Shown here in pieces: positions 8,661 through 19,260 of a stretch of DNA of 64,000 nucleotides (the first letter of the stretch is position 1; every line of letters begins with the position of its first letter). A program made the translations under genes and the position numbers. Source of the DNA: an uncultured delta proteobacterium (GTDB lineage Bacteria; Myxococcota_A; Polyangia; Fen-1088); assembly GCA_963767925.1 (NCBI GenBank), contig CAVYGB010000001.1, positions 32,001 to 96,000 on the forward strand. The letters run 5' to 3'. Under the pieces are notes generated by a model. That model saw only the letters and a program-made list of their open reading frames with translations. It ran no database searches and had not been told where the DNA came from.

Positions 8661-9566
8661 TCAGGGCTCCGGGTGCTCGGCGGGCTGCTCGTCGAACTGG
8701 GCGATGACGACAGTTATGTTGTCGTCGCCGCCGCGGGCGTTGGCCTCGTCGACCAGGAGCTGGCTCTTTCCGGCCGGGGACCCCGGCCCGCCGACCACCT
8801 GGGCGATCTCCCCGTCGGTCAGCATCTTGGTGAGGCCGTCGGTGCACAGGAGCAGGATGTCCCCCGCCTCCACCGAATGTTTGTGCACCTCCGGCTCGAC
8901 CCCCCGGGTGCCGCCGCCGACCGCGTTCATGATGACGTTGCGCATGTCGTGGTGGGCCGCCTGCTCGGGGGTGATGGCCCCGTCGCTGAGCAGCCGGGCC
9001 ACGATGGTGTGGTCCTGGGTGAGCTGGGTCAGCTCCCCCTGGCGCCACCGGTAGCAGCGGCTGTCGCCGGCGTGGGCCACGTAGAGCGCACGCCCGGTGC
9101 AGTAGGCCATGGTGAGGGTGGTCCCCATGCCGTGCAACTCGGGCTTGCGCCCGCCCGCCTCCTCCAGCCAGCGGTCGGTGGTGCGCAGGGCATCGCGCAG
9201 CTCGCCCACGACCCCTTCGCCGCGCAGGCAGAACAGCCAGCCGATGGTGTTGAGCACCAGGTTCTCGATACCGGCCACCGCCATGGCGCTGGCGACGTCT
9301 CCCGCCTTGTGTCCGCCCATGCCGTCGGCGACGACCAGCAGGTGGCCGAGCTGATCGCCCATCATCACCTCGGGCTGGCTGAGGCTCGACTGTCGCACGC
9401 GCAGCAGCCGGCGCACCTCGGTGATGGCAAACTGATCCTCGTTCTTCTGGCGGACCTGGCCCCGGTCGGTGACGCCGCCGCTGAGGACGCGCAGGCCGCC
9501 CTCCGGCCCCGCTGGCTCCCGGGATGGCTCCGCATCGTCGTGGGGCAGCTCGCTCGTCATCTGCAT
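8661..9566 (-). CDS. PP2C (Stp1/PrpC) family protein phosphatase
   Basis: GQVRQKNED, VADGMGGH, MGTTLT, HAGDSR, LCTDGL, DNIT. Confidence 0.93.
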   Translation of the reverse strand: MQMTSELPHDDAEPSREPAGPEGGLRVLSGGVTDRGQVRQKNEDQFAITEVRRLLRVRQSSLSQPEVMMGDQLGHLLVVADGMGGHKAGDVASAMAVAGIENLVLNTIGWLFCLRGEGVVGELRDALRTTDRWLEEAGGRKPELHGMGTTLTMAYCTGRALYVAHAGDSRCYRWRQGELTQLTQDHTIVARLLSDGAITPEQAAHHDMRNVIMNAVGGGTRGVEPEVHKHSVEAGDILLLCTDGLTKMLTDGEIAQVVGGPGSPAGKSQLLVDEANARGGDDNITVVIAQFDEQPAEHPEP

Positions 9567-9615
9567 GGCTCTTCTCCGATTGGGCTGACTGGGTGATGGG
9601 GCAAGACGCGCGCGC

Positions 9616-10074
9616 TCATCGGGCCTCCGACAGGGCGTGCAGGTAGTAGTCGTGGCCTCCGGGGACAGCGCGCACGATCGGCTGGGGGTGGGCGTATTGC
9701 CGGACCACCTCCAGCAGCGCCTCCGGCGCGACCGGCTTGGACAGGAAGGCCACCACCTCGCCGGGCACCACCTGGAGGCGGTCGAGGCCGCTGGTGAGCA
9801 GCACGGGCACCGCGCCGAGCACGCTGTGGTTGCGCCGCTCCTTGAGGAACGTCCAGCCGTCCATGACCGGCATCTGCATGTCGAGCAGCAGCAGGCGGGG
9901 GCGCACGCCGGCGTCGACCAGGCGGAACACCTCGGCGCCGTTGGCCGCCCAGCCCACGGCCAGCTCCTCGCTGTCCAGGAGCTCGACCATCCCCGTGCGG
10001 GTCTCCTCGTCGTCCTCGACCACCAGGACGTCCACCACCACCTGCTCGCTCACCGAGGATTGTTTTGTTGGCAT
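9616..10074 (-). CDS. Single-domain response regulator
   Basis: VLVVEDD, LLDMQMPVMDG, FLSKP. Confidence 0.88.
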   Translation of the reverse strand: MPTKQSSVSEQVVVDVLVVEDDEETRTGMVELLDSEELAVGWAANGAEVFRLVDAGVRPRLLLLDMQMPVMDGWTFLKERRNHSVLGAVPVLLTSGLDRLQVVPGEVVAFLSKPVAPEALLEVVRQYAHPQPIVRAVPGGHDYYLHALSEAR

Positions 10075-10350
10075 GACGTCAACCCACAAGTCACGAATCG
10101 TGCCAGGAGGGCCATGGCGCGCCGCTCCGCGCGAGATAGCGGTATTCCAGGGACATGACTGGCCAACGCAGCGAAAGATGAGAGAAACGGACACCGGGGT
10201 CGTCACGGGCCGGTGACGGGGCCCCTCCCGAGGGTAACGCCGCCCAGGCTTACCTGCAGAACCTGCCGGAGCCGGCCTTGCGCGCCGGGGGACCGGGCCC
10301 AACTTGGCAAATCGCGATCGAAGTACCCGTAATTTTTCAGCTCGAGGAGG

Positions 10351-10818
10351 ATGGCCGTGACGAACAAGCAAGCGGTGAAACGCCTCCAGTCTTCCGCCGA
10401 GGAACACCCGTTGTGGTTTTTTGGCGGAGCGCTGGGCGCTGGTCTGTTGCTCGGAAAGCTCGCCCCGCACGTGGTGAGCAGCCTGGTGAAGCTGGGTGGG
10501 GGGCTCGCCTGGCGGCTCTATGTGCTCCCGGCGATCACGGAGAAGCTCACCGCGGTCGCCGAGGGCAAGAGCCGGCTGCCCCGGCTCGATCAGCTCGACA
10601 AGGAGAGCGCCCTCGAGCTGGTGGGGCTGACCAGGCGGCCCAGCTCGGTCGGCAAGGTGGCTGGGACGCTGGCGCTGCTCACCGCGGGCGCGGCGGCCGG
10701 GGCGGGCCTGGGGCTGGCGTTTGCGCCTCGCGCCGGAAGCGAGCTGCGCCGCGAGCTGGCCGAGAAGATCCAGAAGCTCCGCGAGGAGGGCGCGTCCGCC
10801 GAAGCCGACGCGCTCTAG
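10351..10818 (+). CDS. YtxH-like domain protein
   Basis: GAAAGAGLGLAFAPRAGSELRREL at the C-terminus; GAGGAGG RBS (start may be the GTG at 10357). Confidence 0.7.
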   Translation: MAVTNKQAVKRLQSSAEEHPLWFFGGALGAGLLLGKLAPHVVSSLVKLGGGLAWRLYVLPAITEKLTAVAEGKSRLPRLDQLDKESALELVGLTRRPSSVGKVAGTLALLTAGAAAGAGLGLAFAPRAGSELRRELAEKIQKLREEGASAEADAL

Positions 10819-11297
10819 CTAGACGGGAACCATCGCGAGGGACCCCGAGAGGGGCCCCGCCCGCGGCCTCCGGCCCCGCCTGGGTCGGCCGTTCCCGGTC
10901 GGACCCAGGCCGTGTGGGGGCAGTAACAGGGAACCGGGAGGGTGGCTGACAAAGGTGTCCGGAACTGGCCGGTCCGGCTGGGAGGCGTGTGGTCGATTCT
11001 GGCTCGAATCGCGGGGATCGCGGAGGGTGGGAGCCCTGGCGCGGAACGTGCTTGACGAGAGGGGTATGCGAGACATCTTAGACTCCTCGAAGGCCGACAA
11101 GGTCGAGACGAGGGAGCGGCAGGGCGGGCAGCGGACGGGCGAGCCGGGCTGGCAGAAAGCGGCTTCGCCCGCCTACCGTGGTGTTCCCGCCGGGTTCGGC
11201 GCGCATTTCCCCACCAACCCGCCCTGGCAGGCCCGACGGGCAAGCTGGCGGATGTTCGTCCGGGGATCGCAGGGCTCCTGAGTCGGCGGCGGCGTTT

Positions 11298-13631
11298 TCA
11301 CCTCGGTGCGTCCGGAGCGTCGAGATTGCCCGGATCGTCCGGGCTGTCCGGGTAGGCGACGCCGGGTTTGCGAACGTAGCTGGTGACGGGCTTCTTGAGC
11401 GTGCCGAGGACGCGGCCCTCGAGCACGTCGACCGGCAGAGGGGGCGCGAGCTCGTAGTAGTAGCCCCGGGTCGTGAGCTGGTAGCCGTAGCGGCGGTCTT
11501 CCAGGGTGAAGATTTTCTTGATGGCGAGCGGGTTGTCCCCCTGGCGCAGGTGGGTGCGGTGGCGCAGGACGAACCCGAACAGCCGCACCGCGCGCGGGTT
11601 CACCAGGCGGTGGCAGCCGTGCGAGAAGCGGCGGGCGATCGAGGTGTAGTCGACCGAGCCGTGGGTGCGGATCTGGTTGTCGAACAGCCCGCCCGAGGCG
11701 GTCACCTGGTGGTGGATGGCCATCACGAGGCCATAGGCCGACTGGAAGCCGGGGCCGATGACCTCGGTGTCGACGACCTCGACCGGGCCGGTGCGGACGT
11801 CGAAGATCTTGCGGGTGAGCAGCTCGCGGGCCGGGGTCGTGTCGGGCGGGACCCAGACCGGGGCGGCGACGATCTGCTTCCAGACCCGGGGGCCGACGTC
11901 GGAGCTCTTGTAGCGGTAGTAGACGGCGCCGTCGGGGTGCAGCTCGCTTCGCCAGGAGCCGATGGTGGTCCGCCAGCGCGCCAGGGGGATGCGCTGGCCG
12001 TTCCAGGTGGTGTGCAGGGTCAGGGTCGGGTAACGCTCGCGCCGCTGCTCGAGGGGCTTGCCGTCGTCGGCGAAGGGGAAGTCGTACCAGACGTCGCCGC
12101 GGTCGATCTCGACCGACAGGTCCATGTGGGGGCCGTGGTAGGGCGGGCGGGGCGGTGGGGCGAAGGCGACCTTGAGGTGGGCCAGGCCGGCGGCCCCGAA
12201 GGTCCGCAGGAACAGCGCCATGGCCTGGGGCGCGGTCGCGTCCGGGCGGCGAGTGGCCTCGCCGGCGGTGGTGAGCGCCAGGGCGGCCAGCAGCGCCTGC
12301 AGGTGCTCGCCCACCAGATCGGGGACCGGCACGAGGGCCCCGCTGGCGTCGCGGTAGCGGGCGGGGTGGCTGCGGCTGCCGGCGGTGCCGTCCTCGATGA
12401 TGCCGGCGGCGTCGGCGACCCGCTCGGTGAGGATGCGCCGGAAGGTCTCGTGGTGCAGGTCGAGCGGGGGGCGCTGCAGCCACTGCTGGGTCTGCTCGCC
12501 GAGGAAGCCCCAGCCGTAGATGTCGTTGCGGCGCTCCCACGCGGCCAGCGCCTCGTGGGTGGCCAGGTCGAACAGCCCGGCGGGGGTGTCGCGGCGGGCG
12601 GGGAGCAGGCCCTCGCAGGTCAGGCGGGCCTGGGCGGCGCGGATGGCCCGGGCGCGCGCCTGGCCGCGCACCAGCCGTTCGAGGCGGGCGGCGTCGGCGG
12701 CGTTGGCGCGCAGGCGGTCGATGAGCGCGGGGGCGGGGGGCGCCCGCTGGAGCGCGGCCCAGTCGACGGGGCCGGCGTCGGGGAGCGGCGGGCCGATCGG
12801 CGGCGGGGTGGCGGCGGCGGTGTCGGTCCCGGCGTCGGCGAGGGCGTCGAGGCGCGCCGCCAGCCAGGTAGCGTCCTCGGCGAGGGCCTCCTGCTCGCGC
12901 CGGGCCTGGCGGGCGTTCTGGTAGGTGACGGTCTCGGGCAGGGCGCGCAGGCCGGCGCCGTCGAGGGCGGCGTAGCAGGGGGCGGCGGCGGCGTCCCGTT
13001 CCAGGCGACGGAGGAGCACCGACAAGGTGGGCGGGATGCCGAACACCTCGAGGTGGTTGCGCACCGGTTCGCTGCGCGGCCGCGCCGGTGGTGGGCGGGG
13101 TGGGGGAGGGCGCTTGCCCCGCTGGCGGTCGAGGGCCTCGCGCCGCCGTTGCTCCTCGGCCTCGGGCGAGAGATCGATGGCGCGGGTGGCGCCGCCGGCC
13201 AGGAACAGCGCCTGGGGATCGACGCGGTCGTTGGCCAGCGCGACGAAGGTCTGGCGGTAGGCGTTGGGCTTTGCCGGGGCGGCGGGGTCGTCGCCGTCGG
13301 ACTCGCTGAAGATGAAGGGCGCCCAGGTGTCGCCGAGGTCGACGACCAGCAGCCCGGCCGCCCGCGCCTCGGCCAGCGGGACCAGGCGCGCGCCGCCCGG
13401 CAGCAAGGCGATCGCCTCGCCTTCGCCCGGCCGGAGCGCGGCCCAGGCCGGCGGCCCGGCCGCCCACCCCGGCCCGGCGGCCCGGGCGGGGCCCTCGCCG
13501 GGCGGTCCGATCGCCGCCCGGCCGGCTGGCTCCCGATCCTCCCGCCCGCACCCGGTCGAAAGCAGCGCCGCCGCCGCCAGCGCCACACCTGGAGCCCCGG
13601 CCCCCCACCTCCGATCAACGCCCACGCCCAC
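11298..13631 (-). CDS. Large L,D-transpeptidase-like (YkuD) lipoprotein with peptidoglycan-binding-like segment
   Basis: IRTHGS...FSHGCHRL catalytic motif, PVWVPP, GLFDLATHEALAAWE; lipobox STGC. Start codon uncertain. Confidence 0.75.
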   Translation of the reverse strand: MGVGVDRRWGAGAPGVALAAAALLSTGCGREDREPAGRAAIGPPGEGPARAAGPGWAAGPPAWAALRPGEGEAIALLPGGARLVPLAEARAAGLLVVDLGDTWAPFIFSESDGDDPAAPAKPNAYRQTFVALANDRVDPQALFLAGGATRAIDLSPEAEEQRRREALDRQRGKRPPPPRPPPARPRSEPVRNHLEVFGIPPTLSVLLRRLERDAAAAPCYAALDGAGLRALPETVTYQNARQARREQEALAEDATWLAARLDALADAGTDTAAATPPPIGPPLPDAGPVDWAALQRAPPAPALIDRLRANAADAARLERLVRGQARARAIRAAQARLTCEGLLPARRDTPAGLFDLATHEALAAWERRNDIYGWGFLGEQTQQWLQRPPLDLHHETFRRILTERVADAAGIIEDGTAGSRSHPARYRDASGALVPVPDLVGEHLQALLAALALTTAGEATRRPDATAPQAMALFLRTFGAAGLAHLKVAFAPPPRPPYHGPHMDLSVEIDRGDVWYDFPFADDGKPLEQRRERYPTLTLHTTWNGQRIPLARWRTTIGSWRSELHPDGAVYYRYKSSDVGPRVWKQIVAAPVWVPPDTTPARELLTRKIFDVRTGPVEVVDTEVIGPGFQSAYGLVMAIHHQVTASGGLFDNQIRTHGSVDYTSIARRFSHGCHRLVNPRAVRLFGFVLRHRTHLRQGDNPLAIKKIFTLEDRRYGYQLTTRGYYYELAPPLPVDVLEGRVLGTLKKPVTSYVRKPGVAYPDSPDDPGNLDAPDAPR

Positions 13632-13762
13632 AGTGTAGCGCGCCGCCCGCGCCGCCCCGGGTTGGCCGCGACGGCCCTCGGGGACGGGGGTGGCGTGGCC
13701 CGGGTCCTCTCGGGCTCGCCGGTGCTCGCGGGCGGGGAGGGAGATCTACGAGGATCCCGCGC

Positions 13763-14620
13763 TCAATCGAGCGGGCGGGCGGTTCTCCAGACGCGGATGT
13801 CGTCGAGAAGGCCGGTGTAGGGGCGGATGGGATCGTCGTCCCAGCCGATGCGGAAGCCGAAGCTGCGGTCGGTGGCCGGCTCGGCCACCAGCTCGTCCTC
13901 GGCGGCGAGCGCGCCGTCGATCCAGAGGCGGATCGTGTCCCCTTGCAACACGCAGTGCAGGCGGCTCCAGACCCCGGGCTGGACGCCTCTCGGCTTGAGC
14001 GCCTGACCGTTGGAGCCAGCGCCACAGAGGACCGCGCCGCTGCTGGTGATGACGATGCCGTACTGGCCGGGGTTCTCGATCACGGTCATCGTCGCGCCCA
14101 GCTCGGCCAGCCGCACCGACACCTCGAGGGTGATGGTGGTGGCGTCGAGGCGGGGCGACTCGGGTACCGTCATGTGCGCGCCCGGGCGCAGCTCGGCCGC
14201 CAGCCCCGAGGGGCCGGGGACGAAGCGCAGCGGCGCGCCCTCGATCGCCAGGTGCGACGGCGACTCGTCGATCGCCGCGCTCTCGAAGCGCAGGCACAGC
14301 GCCAGGTCGGGATCGTCCGGACAGGCCGCGCTCGCCGGAGCGTCGGCCACCCGCGGTCCGGCATCCGGAGGAGGTTGGGTAGCCGGTGGAGGGGGCTGGG
14401 GCGGGGGCGCCGTCCGGTCGGACGTCGAGGCATCTGCCGTCATACCCCCGGAGCCCCCGGCTCCGCCGGAGCCGCCCGCGCCGCCGACCGGGGGGTCGAT
14501 TGGCCGGGCCTCCGCGCCCGCGTCGGGCAGCGTCCCCACCGGACCGAACTGCGTGCCCCCTTCGTCGAGCTGACAGCCGGACAGCACCAGCACGAACACA
14601 CACAGGAGGTCTCTTTTCAT
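13763..14620 (-). CDS. LamG-like jellyroll domain lipoprotein
   Basis: MKRDLLCVFVLVLSGC, Gly/Pro linker, IRLWIDG...FRIG...YTGLLDDIRVW. Confidence 0.82.
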   Translation of the reverse strand: MKRDLLCVFVLVLSGCQLDEGGTQFGPVGTLPDAGAEARPIDPPVGGAGGSGGAGGSGGMTADASTSDRTAPPPQPPPPATQPPPDAGPRVADAPASAACPDDPDLALCLRFESAAIDESPSHLAIEGAPLRFVPGPSGLAAELRPGAHMTVPESPRLDATTITLEVSVRLAELGATMTVIENPGQYGIVITSSGAVLCGAGSNGQALKPRGVQPGVWSRLHCVLQGDTIRLWIDGALAAEDELVAEPATDRSFGFRIGWDDDPIRPYTGLLDDIRVWRTARPLD

Positions 14621-15002
14621 GAGCACGCCGCCATTCGGTAGACCGGAACCACATACGCCGGGGCGTGAGCCGTACCCCGGGCGCTCAGAGCACCGAAACG
14701 GCCGCAACGTAACACACGCCAACGCGCGTTGGCCGGCCATTCAGGCCCTGGGTGGGTGGATTGCCCGTCGCGCAGCCACCGTCGGGGCGCGCAGCGAATC
14801 GCAACGGTGCGCAACGGGCCCCGTCAACGCATCCGTCCGCTGTCACGTCACCCTGCAGCGGAGCCTGCAATCGCGCGCGTCTTGCACAAATGGATATGCC
14901 CGGGCACCGAGACGCGTTGACAATGACGACACGCGCCCACTGCAGGTCGTTCCCAAATACACCGGCGACCTGCGGTATATCGAGCCTGTGTCGAGGCCCC
15001 TC

Positions 15003-16529
15003 ATGGATGTAACGAAACGCCTTTGCCTCTCGTACGCGGTGCTCGTCGCCCTGCTGGGCGCCTGTGCCACAAGCAGCCAGGAGGCGACCCGCCGCCGACA
15101 CCTGCCCGACGACGTCGGCGAGCTGGTGTGGACCTCGCTCAAGAAGAACGACTACGAGCCGGTCTTCGCGCGCTTCGATCCGACAATGGTCTGGTCGTTG
15201 CCGAGCGACAAGCTGAAGGACTTCTGGAGCGGCGTGGCCGGCCCACTCGGCGAGCTGCGCTCCTGGAGCATCACCGAGCAGAGCTTCGACTCCGGCCGGA
15301 CCCGCCTCGTGTACGACCTGCTGTTCTCGGGCGGGCGCGCCCAGGGCGTGCTGGCCATCAACCAGGGCGACTTCACCATCGCGGGCCTGTTCGTCACCCC
15401 CGAGCGCAAGGTCGCGCCCGAGCGCTCGCCGCTGGCCGAGGAGCCACCCGGGGTCTTCGCCTCGTTGCCCGGCGTCGTCGCCGAGGGCGTGCGCTTCGGC
15501 AAGGCCCCCTGGGAGGTCGACGGCATCGTCACCCGTCCGCGGCGCAAGGGGACCTTCCCGGCCGCCGTCCTGGTGGCCGGCTCTGGCCCCCTCGACCGCG
15601 ACAGCACCGTGGGCGAGAACCGCCCGTTCCGCGACCTGGCCGAGGGCCTGTCGCGCGCCGGGATGGTGGTGCTCCGCTTCGACAAGCGAACCTTCACCCA
15701 CGCCCAGAAGCTGAACACCAAGGGCCTCACCGTCGACCAGGAGGTGATCGAAGACGCCCTGTCCGGCCTGGCCCTGCTGCGCGCGCGCCCCGACGTGCGC
15801 AAAGACGCCGTGTTCGTGGTGGGCCACAGCCTCGGCGCCCTGCTGGCCCCCGAGATCGCCCAGCGCGACGGTAACACCGCCGGCCTGGTCCTGCTGGCGC
15901 CCCCCGGCCGCCCCATCACCGTCGCCGCCATCGATCAGCTGCGCTTCCTGAACCAGGTCCCCCCCGAAGAGCTGGCCCGCCTCGAGAAGACCGCAGCCGC
16001 CATCGACAACGGCACCGCCCCCCCCGACGAGACCTTCCTCGGCGCCCCCGCCTCGTATTTCATCGACCTGGGCAAGCGCGACGGCATCGCCATCGCAAAG
16101 ACCCTCGCCCGTCCGATCCTGATCCTGCGCGGCTCGCGCGACTACCAGTCCACCGAAGAAGACCTCGCCCACTGGCAACGCGCCCTCGCCGGCCAGCCCG
16201 CCGCGACAACCCGCGTCCTCCCCGGCCTCAACCACCTCTTCATGACCGGCAAAGGCCCCCCCACCGCCCAGGAGTACCTGACCCCCGGCAAAGTAGCCCC
16301 CGCCCTCATGACCCGCGTCTCCGCCTTCGTGAAAAAGATCACCACCGAATCCGCCGCCCGCGAAAAAAAGCGGCTCGCCCAGGAAAAGCAAAAAGAACGC
16401 GACCGCGCCCGCGCCGAAGAAAAGCGAGCCGACCAGGAACGCAAACAAGCCCGCGCCCAGGAAGCCAACACCCCCCCACCCCGCTCCCCCCGCTCCCTCC
16501 AGGAAGTAATCCCCCCACCCCTCAAGTGA
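15003..16529 (+). CDS. Alpha/beta hydrolase with N-terminal DUF3887-like domain and charged tail
   Basis: AGSGPLDRD, GHSLG nucleophile, GSRDYQ, LNHLF; lipobox LGAC. Confidence 0.88.
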   Translation: MDVTKRLCLSYAVLVALLGACATSSQEATRRRHLPDDVGELVWTSLKKNDYEPVFARFDPTMVWSLPSDKLKDFWSGVAGPLGELRSWSITEQSFDSGRTRLVYDLLFSGGRAQGVLAINQGDFTIAGLFVTPERKVAPERSPLAEEPPGVFASLPGVVAEGVRFGKAPWEVDGIVTRPRRKGTFPAAVLVAGSGPLDRDSTVGENRPFRDLAEGLSRAGMVVLRFDKRTFTHAQKLNTKGLTVDQEVIEDALSGLALLRARPDVRKDAVFVVGHSLGALLAPEIAQRDGNTAGLVLLAPPGRPITVAAIDQLRFLNQVPPEELARLEKTAAAIDNGTAPPDETFLGAPASYFIDLGKRDGIAIAKTLARPILILRGSRDYQSTEEDLAHWQRALAGQPAATTRVLPGLNHLFMTGKGPPTAQEYLTPGKVAPALMTRVSAFVKKITTESAAREKKRLAQEKQKERDRARAEEKRADQERKQARAQEANTPPPRSPRSLQEVIPPPLK

Positions 16530-16617
16530 CCTCCCCCCGCGTCCGCCCGCTCATCTGACGAGCGCGGTGGGCTGATGACCCTCGCCGAGCCCCACCGGGG
16601 ACGCTCCCGGACGCTGG

Positions 16618-17133
16618 TCAGGGAGGGAGGAGGATGGCTTTGATGCGGCGGACGCCGGTGGCGATGGATTCTTCGCGGGTGATCTGGAAGCGGCCAGGGA
16701 GGGACCGGGTGGAGGGGACGTGGGGGCCGCCGCAGAGCTCGCGGCTGACGATGGCGCCGGTGGCTCGATCGCGGATGGTGTAGACGGAGACGAGGTCGCC
16801 GTATTTTTCGCCGAACGCGGCGAGGGCGCCGAGGGCGCACGCTTCGGGGCCGGGCAGGGTGGTCCGCTCGACCTGGAGGTCCTGGGTCAGCCGGTCGTTG
16901 ACCAGGGCTTCGGTGCGGGCGAGCTGGTCGGGCGTGAGCTTGCTGTCGTGGGAGCGCGGGCTCGTGAGGAACTCGAAGCTCCAGCAGATGGACTCGTCGC
17001 GGAAGCAGTCCCCGAGCGACCAGTTGCCGAGCATCTCGAAGAAGGTGAGGTGGGTGTCATCGCCCACCTCGTCGATGTCGCCGGTGCGGACGCAGCGCTG
17101 CACCCCGGCCAGCCGCCGGCCCGCGGGGTGGGG
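16618..17133 (-). pseudogene. alaS: Alanine--tRNA ligase remnant, 5' truncated with a large in-frame internal deletion
   Basis: [31 protein letters not shown] (catalytic domain) joined near 16954 to the editing-domain end [12 protein letters not shown]...ELCGGPHV...GVRRIKA. Confidence 0.85.
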
Positions 17134-17191
17134 AGTCTTCGAAGCAGTCGGGTTCCCTCGCCTCGCCCGGGCCCGACTGGCGGCGCCGCGC
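17131..17191. repeat. Extended REP-like family B element (reverse orientation)
   Basis: Reverse complement matches 40951-41011 and 47839-47890 (GTCGGGCCCG...GCGAGGGAACCCGAC..CTTCGAA). Confidence 0.8.
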
Positions 17192-17249
17192 CCGTCGGGA
17201 ACACGGGATTCCGTTGTCAGGTCGGTCGGGCGCGGGGATGATGCCGGCC

Positions 17250-18620
17250 ATGCGCACGGCACGGCTGGCTGTCCTCGGTTTGATCCCTGCGGCGATCCTC
17301 CTGGTGGGGGCGGGCGCGGCCCGTTCGGCGCCGGGGCCCACGCTGGTGAAAGCGGCGCGGATGTTCGACGCCCGCAACGGGCGCATCGTGACCCCCGGGG
17401 TGGTGCTGGTCGAGGGGGGGACCATCAAGGCCGTGGGCAGCCAGGCGGCGGCGAGCGGCGCGCAGGTCGTCGACCTGGGAGACGCGACCTTGCTGCCCGG
17501 GTTCATGGACGCGCACACGCACATCACGGGCGAGCCGGGACCCGACTGGCGGCAGGATCTCATCGAGGGGATGGAGCAGACCGTCGCCGAGCGGACCTTG
17601 ACCGCCGCCGACCTGGCCCGCCGCACCCTGATGAGCGGCTTTACCACCCTGCGCAACCTCGGTGCCGGCGACTACATCGACGTGGGCCTGCGCAACGCCA
17701 TCGCCAGGGGCAAGGCGGTGGGGCCCCGGATGCTGGTGGCCACCTCCAGCCTGGGGACCACCGGCGGTCACTGCGACAACAACTTCGGGCGCCGGGGCCT
17801 GTTCGCGCGGGAGACCGGCGAGGCGGTGGCCGACGGGCCGGACGGCTTGCGGGCCGTCGTCCGCCGCAACATCAAATACGGAGCCGACGTGATCAAGGTG
17901 TGCGCCACCGGAGGCGTGCTCTCGCTCAACGGCGACGTGGACTCGCCCCAGCTCACCCAAACCGAGCTCGACGCCCTCGTCGACGAGGCCCACGCGCGCA
18001 AGCGCCGGGTGGCAGCCCACGCCCACGGCGCCGAGGGAGCCAAGCGGGCCATCCGCGCCGGCGTCGACTCGATCGAACACGGGTCGTTCCTCGACGACGA
18101 GGCCCTGGCGCTGATGAAGCGCAAGGGCACCTACCTGGTGCCGACCATGCTGGCCGTCCAGGGCGTGCGCGAGCGGCTCGAGAAGAAGAACCTGCACCCG
18201 CTGCAGGTCCCCAAGGCGCGCGCCGCCATCGCCGCCCTCGAGAGCATGGTCAAGCGCGCCGTCAAGGCGGGCGTCAAGATCGCCTTCGGCACCGACGCGG
18301 GCGTGTTCGCCCACGGCCGCAACGCCGAGGAGTTCCGCCTGCTGGTCAACGCCGGCATGACCCCCACCCAGGCCCTGCGTGCCGCCACCGTCGTCGACGC
18401 CGAGCTGCTGGGCGTGGCCGACAAGCTGGGCGCCCTCGAGGCCGGCAAGCTGGCCGACCTGGTGGCCGTCCCCGGCGACCCCACCCGCGACATCCGCGCC
18501 ACCGAGCAGGTCTTCTTCGTCATGAAAGAAGGCATCGTCCACCGCAACGATCGCGCCCCACCCGCCCCGATCCGCTCCTCCGTCAGCGGCATCAGCGGCA
18601 CCGCCCCCGGCGGGGACTAG
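17250..18620 (+). CDS. Amidohydrolase family protein (secreted, prolidase-like)
   Basis: [42 protein letters not shown]. Confidence 0.92.
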   Translation: MRTARLAVLGLIPAAILLVGAGAARSAPGPTLVKAARMFDARNGRIVTPGVVLVEGGTIKAVGSQAAASGAQVVDLGDATLLPGFMDAHTHITGEPGPDWRQDLIEGMEQTVAERTLTAADLARRTLMSGFTTLRNLGAGDYIDVGLRNAIARGKAVGPRMLVATSSLGTTGGHCDNNFGRRGLFARETGEAVADGPDGLRAVVRRNIKYGADVIKVCATGGVLSLNGDVDSPQLTQTELDALVDEAHARKRRVAAHAHGAEGAKRAIRAGVDSIEHGSFLDDEALALMKRKGTYLVPTMLAVQGVRERLEKKNLHPLQVPKARAAIAALESMVKRAVKAGVKIAFGTDAGVFAHGRNAEEFRLLVNAGMTPTQALRAATVVDAELLGVADKLGALEAGKLADLVAVPGDPTRDIRATEQVFFVMKEGIVHRNDRAPPAPIRSSVSGISGTAPGGD

Positions 18621-18664
18621 CTGATTGTCCGCATCGGGATGACGATCGGGGCACCTGGCTGATC

Positions 18665-18748
18665 GTTTGCCCGCGCCCCGCGGCCGTCTGCGTACGTGGG
18701 GCGAGGGAAGGGTGAGGGGCGGTCGCCAACCCCGGAGGCCCTCACCCG
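18665..18748. repeat. REP-like palindromic element, family A
   Basis: Near-identical to 677-760. Confidence 0.85.
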
Positions 18749-18769
18749 GGGCTCTGCGGGGCCGGCGGA

Positions 18770-19065
18770 TCAGCGGGCGCGGAGGGCGGTCTCGAGGTAG
18801 CCGCGGGCGACCAGGGCCGGGCGGGGGCCACCGGAGGCGGTCATCTCGAGCAGCGTGGTCTCGCTGAAGTCCTGGCTCGACAGCGAGGTGTAGACGGCGC
18901 CGTCGACGGCGATCTCGGTGCCGCCCGCGGCGCTCGGGGGCAGGTCGAGGGGGGCTGCCTTGCCGTCGAAGACCACGACGAAGCCCAGCTTCTCCAGCGC
19001 GGCGCGAAGGCCGCTGCGGAGGCGGGGCGGATGACAAGGACGTCGATGGCGTGATGGGCGCGCAT
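18770..19065 (-). pseudogene. Probable gene remnant or chimera (C-terminus resembles MxcI-like lipoproteins)
   Basis: Coding-like IAVDGAVYTSLSSQDFSETTLLEM...GYLETALRAR with no credible start; upstream part is out of frame. Confidence 0.35.
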
Positions 19066-19260
19066 GGGCAAGCTCCGTTTCGCTCGGTGGCGACGTCGTG
19101 ATGAATATGAAGTCGCTTTCACGAGTAAAGCCGCATCGCCACGCCTGACGGCGGGCGTGTGCGGGCCCTGGGCGCCCCTCACCCGCCGCTCAGACGCGTC
19201 GACCTCTCACACGGCGGACCGCGGGAGAGGTCCGCGCGCAACCCGGCCGCGATTTTCCGC

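Noticed and set aside
11050..11290. Possible promoter with sRNA or 71-aa ORF (11066-11281)
   Set aside because: Weak TTGACG/CATCTT match, no recognisable RNA family, unconvincing protein
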